Assembly (NCBI GenBank): GCA_900545805.1
Contig: URAL01000003.1
Coordinates: 1,101-65,100 of the forward strand
Length of the DNA: 64,000 nucleotides
Reading direction: 5' to 3'
Source of the DNA: an uncultured Eubacteriales bacterium
Lineage (GTDB): Bacteria > Bacillota > Clostridia > Oscillospirales > Oscillospiraceae
In this document: piece after piece, positions 1-7,414 of the stretch
Numbering within the stretch: the first letter of the stretch is position 1
Layout: every line of letters starts with the position of its first letter
The notes under the pieces: generated by a model
Databases searched by the model: none
Told to the model about the DNA's origin: nothing
Seen by the model: only the letters and a program-made list of their open reading frames with translations
Translations under genes and position numbers: made by a program

Positions 1-419
1 AGATATATACGCCGACCGCAGAAAATGCGGATAAATTCGACGCAGAGATTGCCGCCTGCGGCGGACTTGAGCTTGCCGTTCTCGGCATAGGCACGAACGG
101 TCACATCGGCTTTAACGAGCCGGCAACGCCTTACGACTCCTACACGCGCAGCGTGCTCCTGACGGATAAAACCAAGCAGATGAACGCATATCTCTTCGGC
201 GGCGTCGAGAGCGTTCCAGAGAAAGCCGTGACCATGGGTCTTAAAACCATCTGCGAGGCAAAAAATGTGATTCTTGTCGCCTTCGGCAGTGAGAAAGCGG
301 AAATAATCCATCAGCTCGTTTACGGCAAAACGTCAACGTACGTTCCGGCAGCGATGCTTCAGATGCACATGAACATGACGCTCCTGCTTGATGACGAAGC
401 AGCTGAAAAGATTAAATAA
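1..419 (+). CDS. nagB: glucosamine-6-phosphate deaminase, C-terminal part (5' end lies outside the window)
   Basis: The frame is open from the window edge and translates to ...LAVLGIGTNGHIGFNEPATPYDS..., the NagB-family motif. It ends at TAA 417-419. Confidence 0.85.
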   Translation, partial: IYTPTAENADKFDAEIAACGGLELAVLGIGTNGHIGFNEPATPYDSYTRSVLLTDKTKQMNAYLFGGVESVPEKAVTMGLKTICEAKNVILVAFGSEKAEIIHQLVYGKTSTYVPAAMLQMHMNMTLLLDDEAAEKIK

Positions 420-434
420 ACCGAGGAGAAGGCA

Positions 435-1799
435 ATGGGTAAATATTTTGGCACTGACGGCTTCAGAGGAGAGGCTAATGTCGACCTGACCGTTATGCAC
501 GCGCTTGAGATAGGCCGCTACCTCGGCTGGTACTACGGCAAGGATAAAAAGGCGAGAGTCGTCATCGGCAAGGACACGCGCCGCTCAAGCTATATGCTCG
601 AATCGGCTCTGTGCGCGGGCCTTACGGCCTCGGGCGCGGACGCGTATCTTCTGCATGTGACCACAACGCCGAGCGTATCGTATGTCGCCCGTGCGGATGA
701 TTTCGACTGCGGCATTATGATATCGGCAAGCCATAATCCCTATTACGATAACGGCATCAAGCTTATAAACGGCAATGGCGAAAAAATGGGCGATGAGCTT
801 CTTGATGAGATAGAGGCATATATTGACAGAGTAAGCGCCGGCGAAAAGGACTGCCTGCCCTACGCAACAGGAGAGAAGATAGGCCGTACCGTGGACTATT
901 CCGCCGGTCGCAATCGCTACATCAGCTTTCTCATTTCGCTTGCGACGCGCTCATATAAGGGCAAGAAGGTCGGCCTTGACTGCGCCAACGGCTCGACATG
1001 GATGATGGCAAAAAGCGTATTTGACGCACTGGGAGCCGACACATATGTGATATCAAATAACCCCGACGGTATAAATATTAACGTAAACTGCGGCTCGACG
1101 CATATCGAGCAGATGCAGAGGTTTGTTCTCGACAACAAGCTCGATGTCGGCTTTGCCTTCGATGGCGACGCCGATCGCTGCCTGGCCGTCGACGAAAAGG
1201 GCAATGTTATCACCGGCGATCATATCCTCTATGTTTGCGGCAAATATATGCGCGACAGCGGAATACTCGGCGAAAAGAAGATAGTTACAACGGTCATGAG
1301 CAATATGGGACTGTATAAAGCTCTTGACGCGCTGGGAATCGGCTATGAAAAGACGGCCGTCGGAGATAAATATGTTGCCGAAAACATGCGCGCAAACGGA
1401 TATATCCTCGGCGGTGAGCAGTCCGGTCATATCATTTTCGGCCGTCTCGCAAACTCAGGCGACGGAATACTGACCGCTATTAAAATCATGGAGGCCATGT
1501 GCGAGAGCAAGCAGCCGCTTTCAGTGCTGGCAGCGCCTGTCGTCATGTATCCGCAGCTTCTCAAGAATGTCGTTGTTGCCGATAAGGACGAAACGCTCAC
1601 CTGCGACGAGGTGAAAAAGGCCGTTGCCGACATGGAGGCAAGGCTCGGCGAGGATGGACGCATCCTTCTGCGCAAGAGCGGCACGGAGCCGGTTCTTCGC
1701 GTGATGGCCGAGGCTAAGACCCCTGAACAGTGCGAGGAGTGCGTTGACTATATAATCGACGCTATGCGCTGCAGCGGCAGACTTATCAAGGTGAAATGA
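435..1799 (+). CDS. glmM: phosphoglucosamine mutase
   Basis: 454 aa with N-terminal GTDGFRG, the phosphoserine loop ISASHNPYYDNGIK, the Mg site FDGDADR and GEQSGH. A GAGGAG RBS lies upstream. Confidence 0.95.
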   Translation: MGKYFGTDGFRGEANVDLTVMHALEIGRYLGWYYGKDKKARVVIGKDTRRSSYMLESALCAGLTASGADAYLLHVTTTPSVSYVARADDFDCGIMISASHNPYYDNGIKLINGNGEKMGDELLDEIEAYIDRVSAGEKDCLPYATGEKIGRTVDYSAGRNRYISFLISLATRSYKGKKVGLDCANGSTWMMAKSVFDALGADTYVISNNPDGININVNCGSTHIEQMQRFVLDNKLDVGFAFDGDADRCLAVDEKGNVITGDHILYVCGKYMRDSGILGEKKIVTTVMSNMGLYKALDALGIGYEKTAVGDKYVAENMRANGYILGGEQSGHIIFGRLANSGDGILTAIKIMEAMCESKQPLSVLAAPVVMYPQLLKNVVVADKDETLTCDEVKKAVADMEARLGEDGRILLRKSGTEPVLRVMAEAKTPEQCEECVDYIIDAMRCSGRLIKVK

Positions 1800-1800
1800 C

Positions 1801-2460
1801 ATGTATACGATTAATGACCTGCTCGATCTGAGCAAAACCATAGCCGCACCGCTTTTTGAGGGCAGGACCTACCCCTGGGAGGTGCTGGCCGATATATCAG
1901 ACTTCATCACTGTTCTCGGCAGCACACTGCCGGAGGAGGAGTACGAAAAGCGCGGCGAGAGCGTGTGGATAGCGCGGGATGCGGAGGTTTTCCCCTCGGC
2001 GTACATAGGCTCGCCATGCATCATTGACCACGGAGCACAGGTGCGCCACTGCGCATTTATACGCGCAAGCGCGATAGTCGGCAAAAACGCCGTTGTGGGA
2101 AACTCAACCGAGCTTAAAAACGTCGTGCTGTTTGACAATGTGCAGACTCCGCACTATAACTATGTCGGCGACTCCATACTCGGCTATAAGGCGCATATGG
2201 GAGCCGGCTCGATAACCTCCAACGTTAAAAGCGACAAGAGCCTTGTAGTCATAAAAAACGGCGATGAGCTAATAGAGACCGGCCGCAAAAAGGTCGGGGC
2301 CATCCTCGGCGACTATGTTGAGATCGGCTGCAACAGTGTTCTCAATCCCGGAACGGTGCTCGGCCGCAGAGCCAGCGTCTATCCTACCTCCTGCGTGCGC
2401 GGAGTAATCCCTGAGGACGGGATATACAAATCAAAGGACGATATAGTGATACGCAGATAA
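1801..2460 (+). CDS. stand-alone left-handed beta-helix (hexapeptide-repeat) acyltransferase, similar to the GlmU C-terminal domain
   Basis: 219 aa with hexapeptide-type repeats (IGKNAVVGNSTELKNVVL, VGDSILGYKAHMGAGS, LGDYVEIGCNSVL). The start is 1 nt after the glmM stop. There is no nucleotidyltransferase domain. Confidence 0.6.
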   Translation: MYTINDLLDLSKTIAAPLFEGRTYPWEVLADISDFITVLGSTLPEEEYEKRGESVWIARDAEVFPSAYIGSPCIIDHGAQVRHCAFIRASAIVGKNAVVGNSTELKNVVLFDNVQTPHYNYVGDSILGYKAHMGAGSITSNVKSDKSLVVIKNGDELIETGRKKVGAILGDYVEIGCNSVLNPGTVLGRRASVYPTSCVRGVIPEDGIYKSKDDIVIRR

Positions 2461-2461
2461 G

Positions 2462-2492
2462 AAAAATCTCCCGAACTATCGGGAGATTTTTT
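2462..2492. terminator. bidirectional intrinsic terminator between convergent genes
   Basis: Stem ATCTCCCGA/TCGGGAGAT with loop ACTA, flanked by an A-run and a T-run. Confidence 0.8.
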
Positions 2493-2493
2493 A

Positions 2494-3483
2494 CTACTGC
2501 TTTGTAGCCGGACGGCTTTTTTTTCTGGAGTGACCACGCCCGCGGCGGCGCGACAGTGCGGCCTTGCTGCGGTAAAAGTCTATCATGCCGTCGTCGGCCT
2601 CATAAACGAGTCTGTTTGCCGACCACGAGTTATCCTCCTGCTTGCGGAATTTGAGCCTGACCAGGAAGCTTCCGCAGTCGGGGCAGCTGAGGAGGTTCAT
2701 ATACCGCTGATCGCCCTGGTTGATCCAGCGGTGTGCCTCGAGCCGGCCCTGACATTTGGGGCAGGGGACAGAGGTGAGCTTTTCATCGGCGAATGCATCC
2801 GCCTTTGAAATATAGCCGGGGAAAACGAGATGCTCCAGCGCATCATGCGCGTTATCATCGGCGCTGTCCCGTTTTGAACGACGGGTGCTGAGCATCCGTG
2901 ACGCCTCGTCATACCGCTCAAGGCCGAGCTGCATATCAAGCTTCGAGCAGACAAGCGCCGTGTTATATGCGTCGCCCAGGGCGTCGTGGGCAATGCGGGT
3001 CTGCTCTATCCCGAAATGCTCCATCGCCGTGGCGAGCGACTTTTGATTCTTGTCGCCGTCGGTCTGCATATTATAGATGAGCTGAAGGTTTATCCAGGAA
3101 TTAATCCAGTCCCAGTCAAGGTCGTGGATAATAATATTCTGCTCCATAATACCGCGGTCGTCGCAGCCCCAGGTCAGAAAGGTGACGTCCTCGCCGCACC
3201 ACTGCTTAAACTGCTCAAAGGCATCGGGAAAGCTGCGCCCGAGGGCGAGACGCTCCTTGTCAAAGCCGGTGAGCTTCTTGACCTTATAATGCATCCGTTT
3301 AAAATAAACGGGCCTTACATCTACCGTAAATTCCTCGGCAGGCTTCATGTCCTCCGAGAGCTTGACCGCGCCGATCTCAATAATCTCTCCCCTGAGCTTT
3401 ATGGGGAGCTTGTTGAATACGGAGGATTTTGAGCTCATTGCCTGATTCCACTCTAAATCGACCACTACATAATTCATAAACAC
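2494..3483 (-). CDS. DEDDh 3'-5' exonuclease (KapD/ERI-1-like) with a C-terminal zinc-ribbon extension and basic tail
   Basis: 329 aa with exo motifs VVDLEWN, IIEIGAV and HDALGDAYNTA. The C-terminal part carries CPKC...CPDC and an RRRGRGHSRKKSR tail. Confidence 0.75.
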   Translation of the reverse strand: MFMNYVVVDLEWNQAMSSKSSVFNKLPIKLRGEIIEIGAVKLSEDMKPAEEFTVDVRPVYFKRMHYKVKKLTGFDKERLALGRSFPDAFEQFKQWCGEDVTFLTWGCDDRGIMEQNIIIHDLDWDWINSWINLQLIYNMQTDGDKNQKSLATAMEHFGIEQTRIAHDALGDAYNTALVCSKLDMQLGLERYDEASRMLSTRRSKRDSADDNAHDALEHLVFPGYISKADAFADEKLTSVPCPKCQGRLEAHRWINQGDQRYMNLLSCPDCGSFLVRLKFRKQEDNSWSANRLVYEADDGMIDFYRSKAALSRRRGRGHSRKKSRPATKQ

Positions 3484-3550
3484 AACGACCTTACTTTAAG
3501 ATTACAAAAAAGAATTATACCACACAGCGCCATGTTTTTTCAATATATAT

Positions 3551-3579
3551 TTGAACAGCCGCTGCGCTTGTGGTATAAT
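3551..3579 (+). promoter_or_regulatory. sigma-A type promoter for ddl-murF
   Basis: TTGAAC, a 17-nt spacer, then TATAAT, with an extended -10 TGg (3571-3573). Confidence 0.6.
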
Positions 3580-3610
3580 CATCGGGTAATTGTTGAAGGA
3601 GGTAGGAAAG

Positions 3611-4636
3611 ATGAAAATTGCTGTTGTCTGCGGCGGCCTGTCAAACGAACGCGATGTCTCCATCACAAGCGGCACCTGCGTTGCGCGCGCACTGCGCGAG
3701 CACGGTCACAAGGTCGTTTTAGTTGATTTGTACTGCGGCTATGCCGGAAGCTATGACGATCCCGCCGAGCTTTTCGAGCGTGAGCAGGAGGATCTCAGGT
3801 ATTCCGTAAAGGAGGAGGCTCCCGATATCGCGAAGCTGATTGCCGAGGGAGACGGAAGCAGGATAGGCAAAAACGTCATCGAGATTTGCAGGGCAGCGGA
3901 TATCAGCTTTCTCGCTCTGCACGGCGAGGATGGCGAGAACGGCAAATTGCAGGCCACCTTCGACGTACACGGCATTAAATACACCGGCAGCGGCTATCTC
4001 GGCAGCGCGATGGCGATGAACAAGGAGATAACAAAGATCATGCTGAGCCACAGCGGCATACCGGTTCCCGAGGGCATAGTGCTCGAAAAGGGAGGGGAGA
4101 TCGAAAATGTCGGCTTCCCCTGCGTCGTTAAGCCCTGCAGCGGCGGCTCGAGCGTAGGTACGAGCATGGTCGCAAGCGAGGATGAGTATGCGGCGGCGCT
4201 TGAGCTTGCATTCAAATATGAAGACCGCGTTCTTGTCGAGCGCTTTATAAAGGGACGTGAGCTCACCGTCGGCGTTATGGGCGGCGAGGCGATGCCCGTT
4301 ATCGAGATAATCCCCAAAACCGGCTGGTATGACTACAAAAACAAGTATCAGGCGGGTCTTACGGAGGAGATATGCCCCGCGCCTATAAGCACGGAGGATA
4401 CCCGCCGCGTTCAGTGCCTTGCAGAGCGAGTGAGCGAAGCTCTTATGATCGACGTCTATTGCCGCGCCGACTTTCTCATGGATAGCTCAAGCGGTGAAAT
4501 ATACTGCCTTGAGGCAAATACCCTGCCCGGCATGACCCCGACGAGCCTGATACCGCAAATGGGAAGGGAGCAGGGGCTCAGCTTCGGCGAGGTGTGTGAG
4601 AAGATAATAAGACTTTCCATGGAGAAGTATGAATGA
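3611..4636 (+). CDS. ddl: D-alanine--D-alanine ligase
   Basis: MKIAVVCGG start with a GGAGG RBS 8 nt upstream. Also has LHGEDGENGKLQ and ATP-grasp motifs. The ORF-track TTG start at 3590 looks like an upstream extension. Confidence 0.92.
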   Translation: MKIAVVCGGLSNERDVSITSGTCVARALREHGHKVVLVDLYCGYAGSYDDPAELFEREQEDLRYSVKEEAPDIAKLIAEGDGSRIGKNVIEICRAADISFLALHGEDGENGKLQATFDVHGIKYTGSGYLGSAMAMNKEITKIMLSHSGIPVPEGIVLEKGGEIENVGFPCVVKPCSGGSSVGTSMVASEDEYAAALELAFKYEDRVLVERFIKGRELTVGVMGGEAMPVIEIIPKTGWYDYKNKYQAGLTEEICPAPISTEDTRRVQCLAERVSEALMIDVYCRADFLMDSSSGEIYCLEANTLPGMTPTSLIPQMGREQGLSFGEVCEKIIRLSMEKYE

Positions 4637-5985
4637 AGGGTATAAGTGTTAAGCAGGCGGCTGAAGCAGTCGGCGGCAGACTGTCCGGCAGCGGCGACGC
4701 CGAGCTTGAGCTTAAAGGGCTTGTTATAGACAGCAGGAATGTTATGCCAGGCTTCGCTTTTGCGGCCATAGTTGGCAAGCGTGCTGACGGACATGACTAT
4801 ATAAATAAAGCCTTTGAGCTCGGTGCATCATGCTGTTTTGTCGAGCGTGACATACCCGGCGCTCCCGGCTGCCTTATAGTCGTTGACAGCACTGCCAAGG
4901 CAATGGCAAGACTGGCCGAGGCGTACAGAAAAATGCTCAATATTCCCGTTATCGGCATAACCGGTTCTGTCGGCAAGACAACGGCTAAGGAAATGATATC
5001 CGCCGTTCTGTCGCAGCGTTTTAAGGTCTTAAAAACGGACAAGAACCTAAACAACGAGCTTGGCGTACCGCTTACGATATTCCGCATAGAGCCGGAGCAC
5101 GAGGCCGCCGTTATAGAAATGGGGATCTCCGATTTCGGCGAAATGAGCCGCCTCGCACAGATGGCGCGGCCTACCGACGCCGTTTTTACTCTCATCGGAA
5201 ATGCCCACCTTGACAGGCTGCACGACCGTACCGGTGTGTTCAAAGCCAAAACCGAGATGCTTGAATACATGCCATGTGACGGTACGGTGGTTTTAAATGC
5301 AGACGATGATCTTCTCTGTGCGTGCGACTGCCGTCAAAGAAAAGTGCTCTATGGCCTTGGTGATAATGCCGGCGTCAGGGCGGAAAATATCAGAGTCGAA
5401 AGTGCGGCCATGCAGACCTGCGATATAGTATCCGGAAAACGGCGTATACATGTCTCGATACCGGCCTATGGCCGCCACATGGTCTACGCTGCGCTTGAGG
5501 GGGCAGCAGTGGGCATGAAGTTCGGATTAAGCGACGATGAGATCATACGCGGCATAGCGTCTTACGAGACTGTAGGCCGCCGCGCAAACGTTATAGACAC
5601 CGGCTTTATCACCGTAATAGATGATTGCTATAACGCAAACCCAGACTCGGTCAAATGTGCGATAGACTCCATGTGTGCAAGCCGCGGCCGTAAGGTCTGT
5701 ATATTGGGCGATATGCTAGAAATGGGTACGGCTCGCGCCGAGCGCCATGCGGATATAGGCAGATACGCCGTTTCGCACGGGGTGGAGCTTCTGCTCTGTG
5801 TCGGAGAAATGTCCGAAAACACTGCCCGCGCCGCGGAGGGCATAGCTTCATTGCACTTTGACAGCAATGCGCAGCTTATAGCCGAGCTGCCGAAGCTTAT
5901 AAAAAAAGGCGATACGGTGCTCGTCAAGGCCTCGCACAGCATGAGGCTTGAGGAGGCCTCCGAGGCTTTAAAGCTCTTAAAGTAA
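4633..5985 (+). CDS. murF: UDP-N-acetylmuramoyl-tripeptide--D-alanyl-D-alanine ligase
   Basis: 450 aa with the Mur ligase P-loop GITGSVGKTT and DDCYNANP. It overlaps the ddl stop by 4 nt. Confidence 0.92.
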   Translation: MKGISVKQAAEAVGGRLSGSGDAELELKGLVIDSRNVMPGFAFAAIVGKRADGHDYINKAFELGASCCFVERDIPGAPGCLIVVDSTAKAMARLAEAYRKMLNIPVIGITGSVGKTTAKEMISAVLSQRFKVLKTDKNLNNELGVPLTIFRIEPEHEAAVIEMGISDFGEMSRLAQMARPTDAVFTLIGNAHLDRLHDRTGVFKAKTEMLEYMPCDGTVVLNADDDLLCACDCRQRKVLYGLGDNAGVRAENIRVESAAMQTCDIVSGKRRIHVSIPAYGRHMVYAALEGAAVGMKFGLSDDEIIRGIASYETVGRRANVIDTGFITVIDDCYNANPDSVKCAIDSMCASRGRKVCILGDMLEMGTARAERHADIGRYAVSHGVELLLCVGEMSENTARAAEGIASLHFDSNAQLIAELPKLIKKGDTVLVKASHSMRLEEASEALKLLK

Positions 5986-6016
5986 AAAAAACGGACTGCA
6001 TATCAGTCCGTTTTTT
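5984..6016. terminator. bidirectional intrinsic terminator
   Basis: A-run, stem CGGACTG/CAGTCCG, then a T-run, lying between convergent murF and the minus-strand acetyltransferase. Confidence 0.8.
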
Positions 6017-6017
6017 C

Positions 6018-6557
6018 TCATTTAAGCGACGCGCTGTATTCATCCCATGAAACAAAGGTGTTGTCACGCGGCTCATCGTATGTGATAACGCGCGGCTTCT
6101 CCATGACAACGGTGCTGTTTGCGGGAATATCATCGGTCACTATGCAGTCTGCCCCGATGCGCACATCGTTTCCTATGGTGATACCGCCGATTATCTTGGC
6201 TCCTGCACCGATATAGACACGGTCGCCTATCACAGGTGCGCCGCGCTTTTTGCTGCCGGGCATGGTGTTTGAACCGATAGTTACCTGCTGGAATATCGTG
6301 CAGCCCTTGCCGACACGGGCACCATAGGATATAAAGATCCCGCACAATCCGTGCGGCGCCTGAAACGGCCTTATGCGTTCGGTTATCGGGATGCTCGAAT
6401 TGAGCTTATCCTGCGTCCATTGAGCTCTCAGCGAGTAGTAAGACTTAAATATCTTCTGTATGCCCTTCGGAAATAGTATCCGCCGCCTGTATTTCCAAAA
6501 TGAGCGTGTCCCGTGAGGGAGGAATAAGCTATATATTTTCTTAAGCAGTTTTTTCAT
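6018..6557 (-). CDS. hexapeptide-repeat O-acetyltransferase (serine acetyltransferase / polysaccharide acetyltransferase family)
   Basis: 179 aa with the LbH repeats IGDRVYIGAGAKIIGGITIGNDVRIGADCIV. A GGAG RBS is present, and the gene starts 10 nt after the bofA stop. Confidence 0.7.
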   Translation of the reverse strand: MKKLLKKIYSLFLPHGTRSFWKYRRRILFPKGIQKIFKSYYSLRAQWTQDKLNSSIPITERIRPFQAPHGLCGIFISYGARVGKGCTIFQQVTIGSNTMPGSKKRGAPVIGDRVYIGAGAKIIGGITIGNDVRIGADCIVTDDIPANSTVVMEKPRVITYDEPRDNTFVSWDEYSASLK

Positions 6558-6567
6558 TTGCCGCTCC

Positions 6568-6834
6568 TCACATGAAGAAATTCTCGATAAGCAGAAGCAG
6601 GATTATGCCAGGAATTCCGAGAATGCCCGCTACAATGGCGCTTATCCAGCCGACGCTGAGGGAAAGACCGATGAATCCGCCGAGAAAATTGAAAATGAAC
6701 AGCATGACAAAGCCCAAAAGAGCATTCAGCAGCAGCTTGAGTGCCCATTTTATAGGTGTTGCGAAGATTTTTATGACAAGCCATATGAGCAATACTGCAA
6801 TGACTACGGTCAATATGGTATGTAACGCGTCCAT
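6568..6834 (-). CDS. bofA: pro-sigma-K processing inhibitor BofA
   Basis: 88 aa, two TM segments, and a BofA-like pattern (KLLLNALLGFVMLFIFNFLG...GIPGIILLLL). It sits next to a yaaL-like gene, as in B. subtilis. Confidence 0.8.
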   Translation of the reverse strand: MDALHTILTVVIAVLLIWLVIKIFATPIKWALKLLLNALLGFVMLFIFNFLGGFIGLSLSVGWISAIVAGILGIPGIILLLLIENFFM

Positions 6835-6842
6835 ATATCCTC

Positions 6843-7052
6843 CTAAGAAATCAGATTTTTGACATTTACAACGGCGCTGTTGTACCTTGACTTGAGTGCG
6901 TTGATCTCATAGATGCATGCGTCCATCATATCACAATCTGTCGTATTGTCAAATGCCGCGTATGCGCGCCTGAGCTGCAGGCGTATATCGTTTACCTCGT
7001 TAAGGCGGCGCTTATACTCGGCTTTGAGTCTTTTTTCTTCTTTTCTCGTCAT
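6843..7052 (-). CDS. yaaL: YaaL-like DUF2508 protein
   Basis: 69 aa with the pattern AYAAFDNTTDCDMMDACIYEINALKSRY typical of DUF2508. It lies directly upstream of bofA. Confidence 0.65.
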   Translation of the reverse strand: MTRKEEKRLKAEYKRRLNEVNDIRLQLRRAYAAFDNTTDCDMMDACIYEINALKSRYNSAVVNVKNLIS

Positions 7053-7154
7053 GCTTACAGTCTCCTTTGTGTTTTTTAATAGTATATTCGGCTTGATCAG
7101 AATTTAAACGCCAAAAATTACCGTGTTTATATCCTGAGACGCTTCATATAATAC

Positions 7155-7318
7155 AAGCAGACGAAGAACCCGAGACAGAAGTCTGAAAGACTCGCCGGGT
7201 GAAATGCCGGGGCTTATTGCGCAGGCGATAAGAACGCATTGAATTTCGTCGAGCCGGATAAGCCGAAAGGCATTTCATCCGACGGCGGAGGCAGATGAAA
7301 ATCATCTGCCTCCGTTTT
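7155..7318 (+). ncRNA. candidate unassigned small structured RNA or terminated leader (boundaries approximate)
   Basis: ORF-free region with TATAAT at 7147-7152. It contains complementary segments 7198-7208/7269-7280 and 7160-7165/7245-7250. It ends in a strong intrinsic terminator, and a separate promoter follows. Confidence 0.35.
7287..7318 (+). terminator. intrinsic terminator (plus-strand orientation only)
   Basis: 12-bp stem GGAGGCAGATGA/TCATCTGCCTCC with loop AAA, followed by GTTTT. The reverse orientation has no U-tract. Confidence 0.7.
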
Positions 7319-7326
7319 GCTGTGTC

Positions 7327-7355
7327 TTGATTTTTTTTGAGCTGTGTTATATACT
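7327..7355 (+). promoter_or_regulatory. sigma-A type promoter for the topoisomerase operon
   Basis: TTGATT, a 17-nt spacer, then TATACT. A second TATAAT lies at 7357-7362. Confidence 0.55.
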
Positions 7356-7414
7356 ATATAATCTGAAAATGTGTGCAATTTTACGCAAGATGTTGTATTT
7401 GAGAGGAATTTTAA

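Noticed and set aside
5992-6010. Shared core CGGACTGCATA between the murF terminator hairpin (5992-6010) and the cdaA leader hairpin (42768-42790).
   Set aside because: Only 11 nt are identical, and both are simple GC-rich palindromes. This is most likely coincidence rather than a dispersed repeat family. Genome-wide counting would be needed to say otherwise.
7155-7286. Assignment of the upstream-of-topoisomerase RNA candidate to SRP RNA. In B. subtilis, scr lies near the dnaX-recR-yaaL-bofA block.
   Set aside because: There is no GGAAGCAGC-type domain IV motif. The candidate is on the opposite strand from yaaL-bofA, and dnaX and recR are absent from the locus.
7293-7328. An 11-codon mini-ORF (MKIICLRFAVS) whose GGAGG and ATG lie inside the 7287-7318 terminator stem, which could be a leader peptide.
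   Set aside because: The SD-to-ATG spacing is only 3 nt, and both elements are sequestered in the 12-bp stem. There is no run of regulatory codons.
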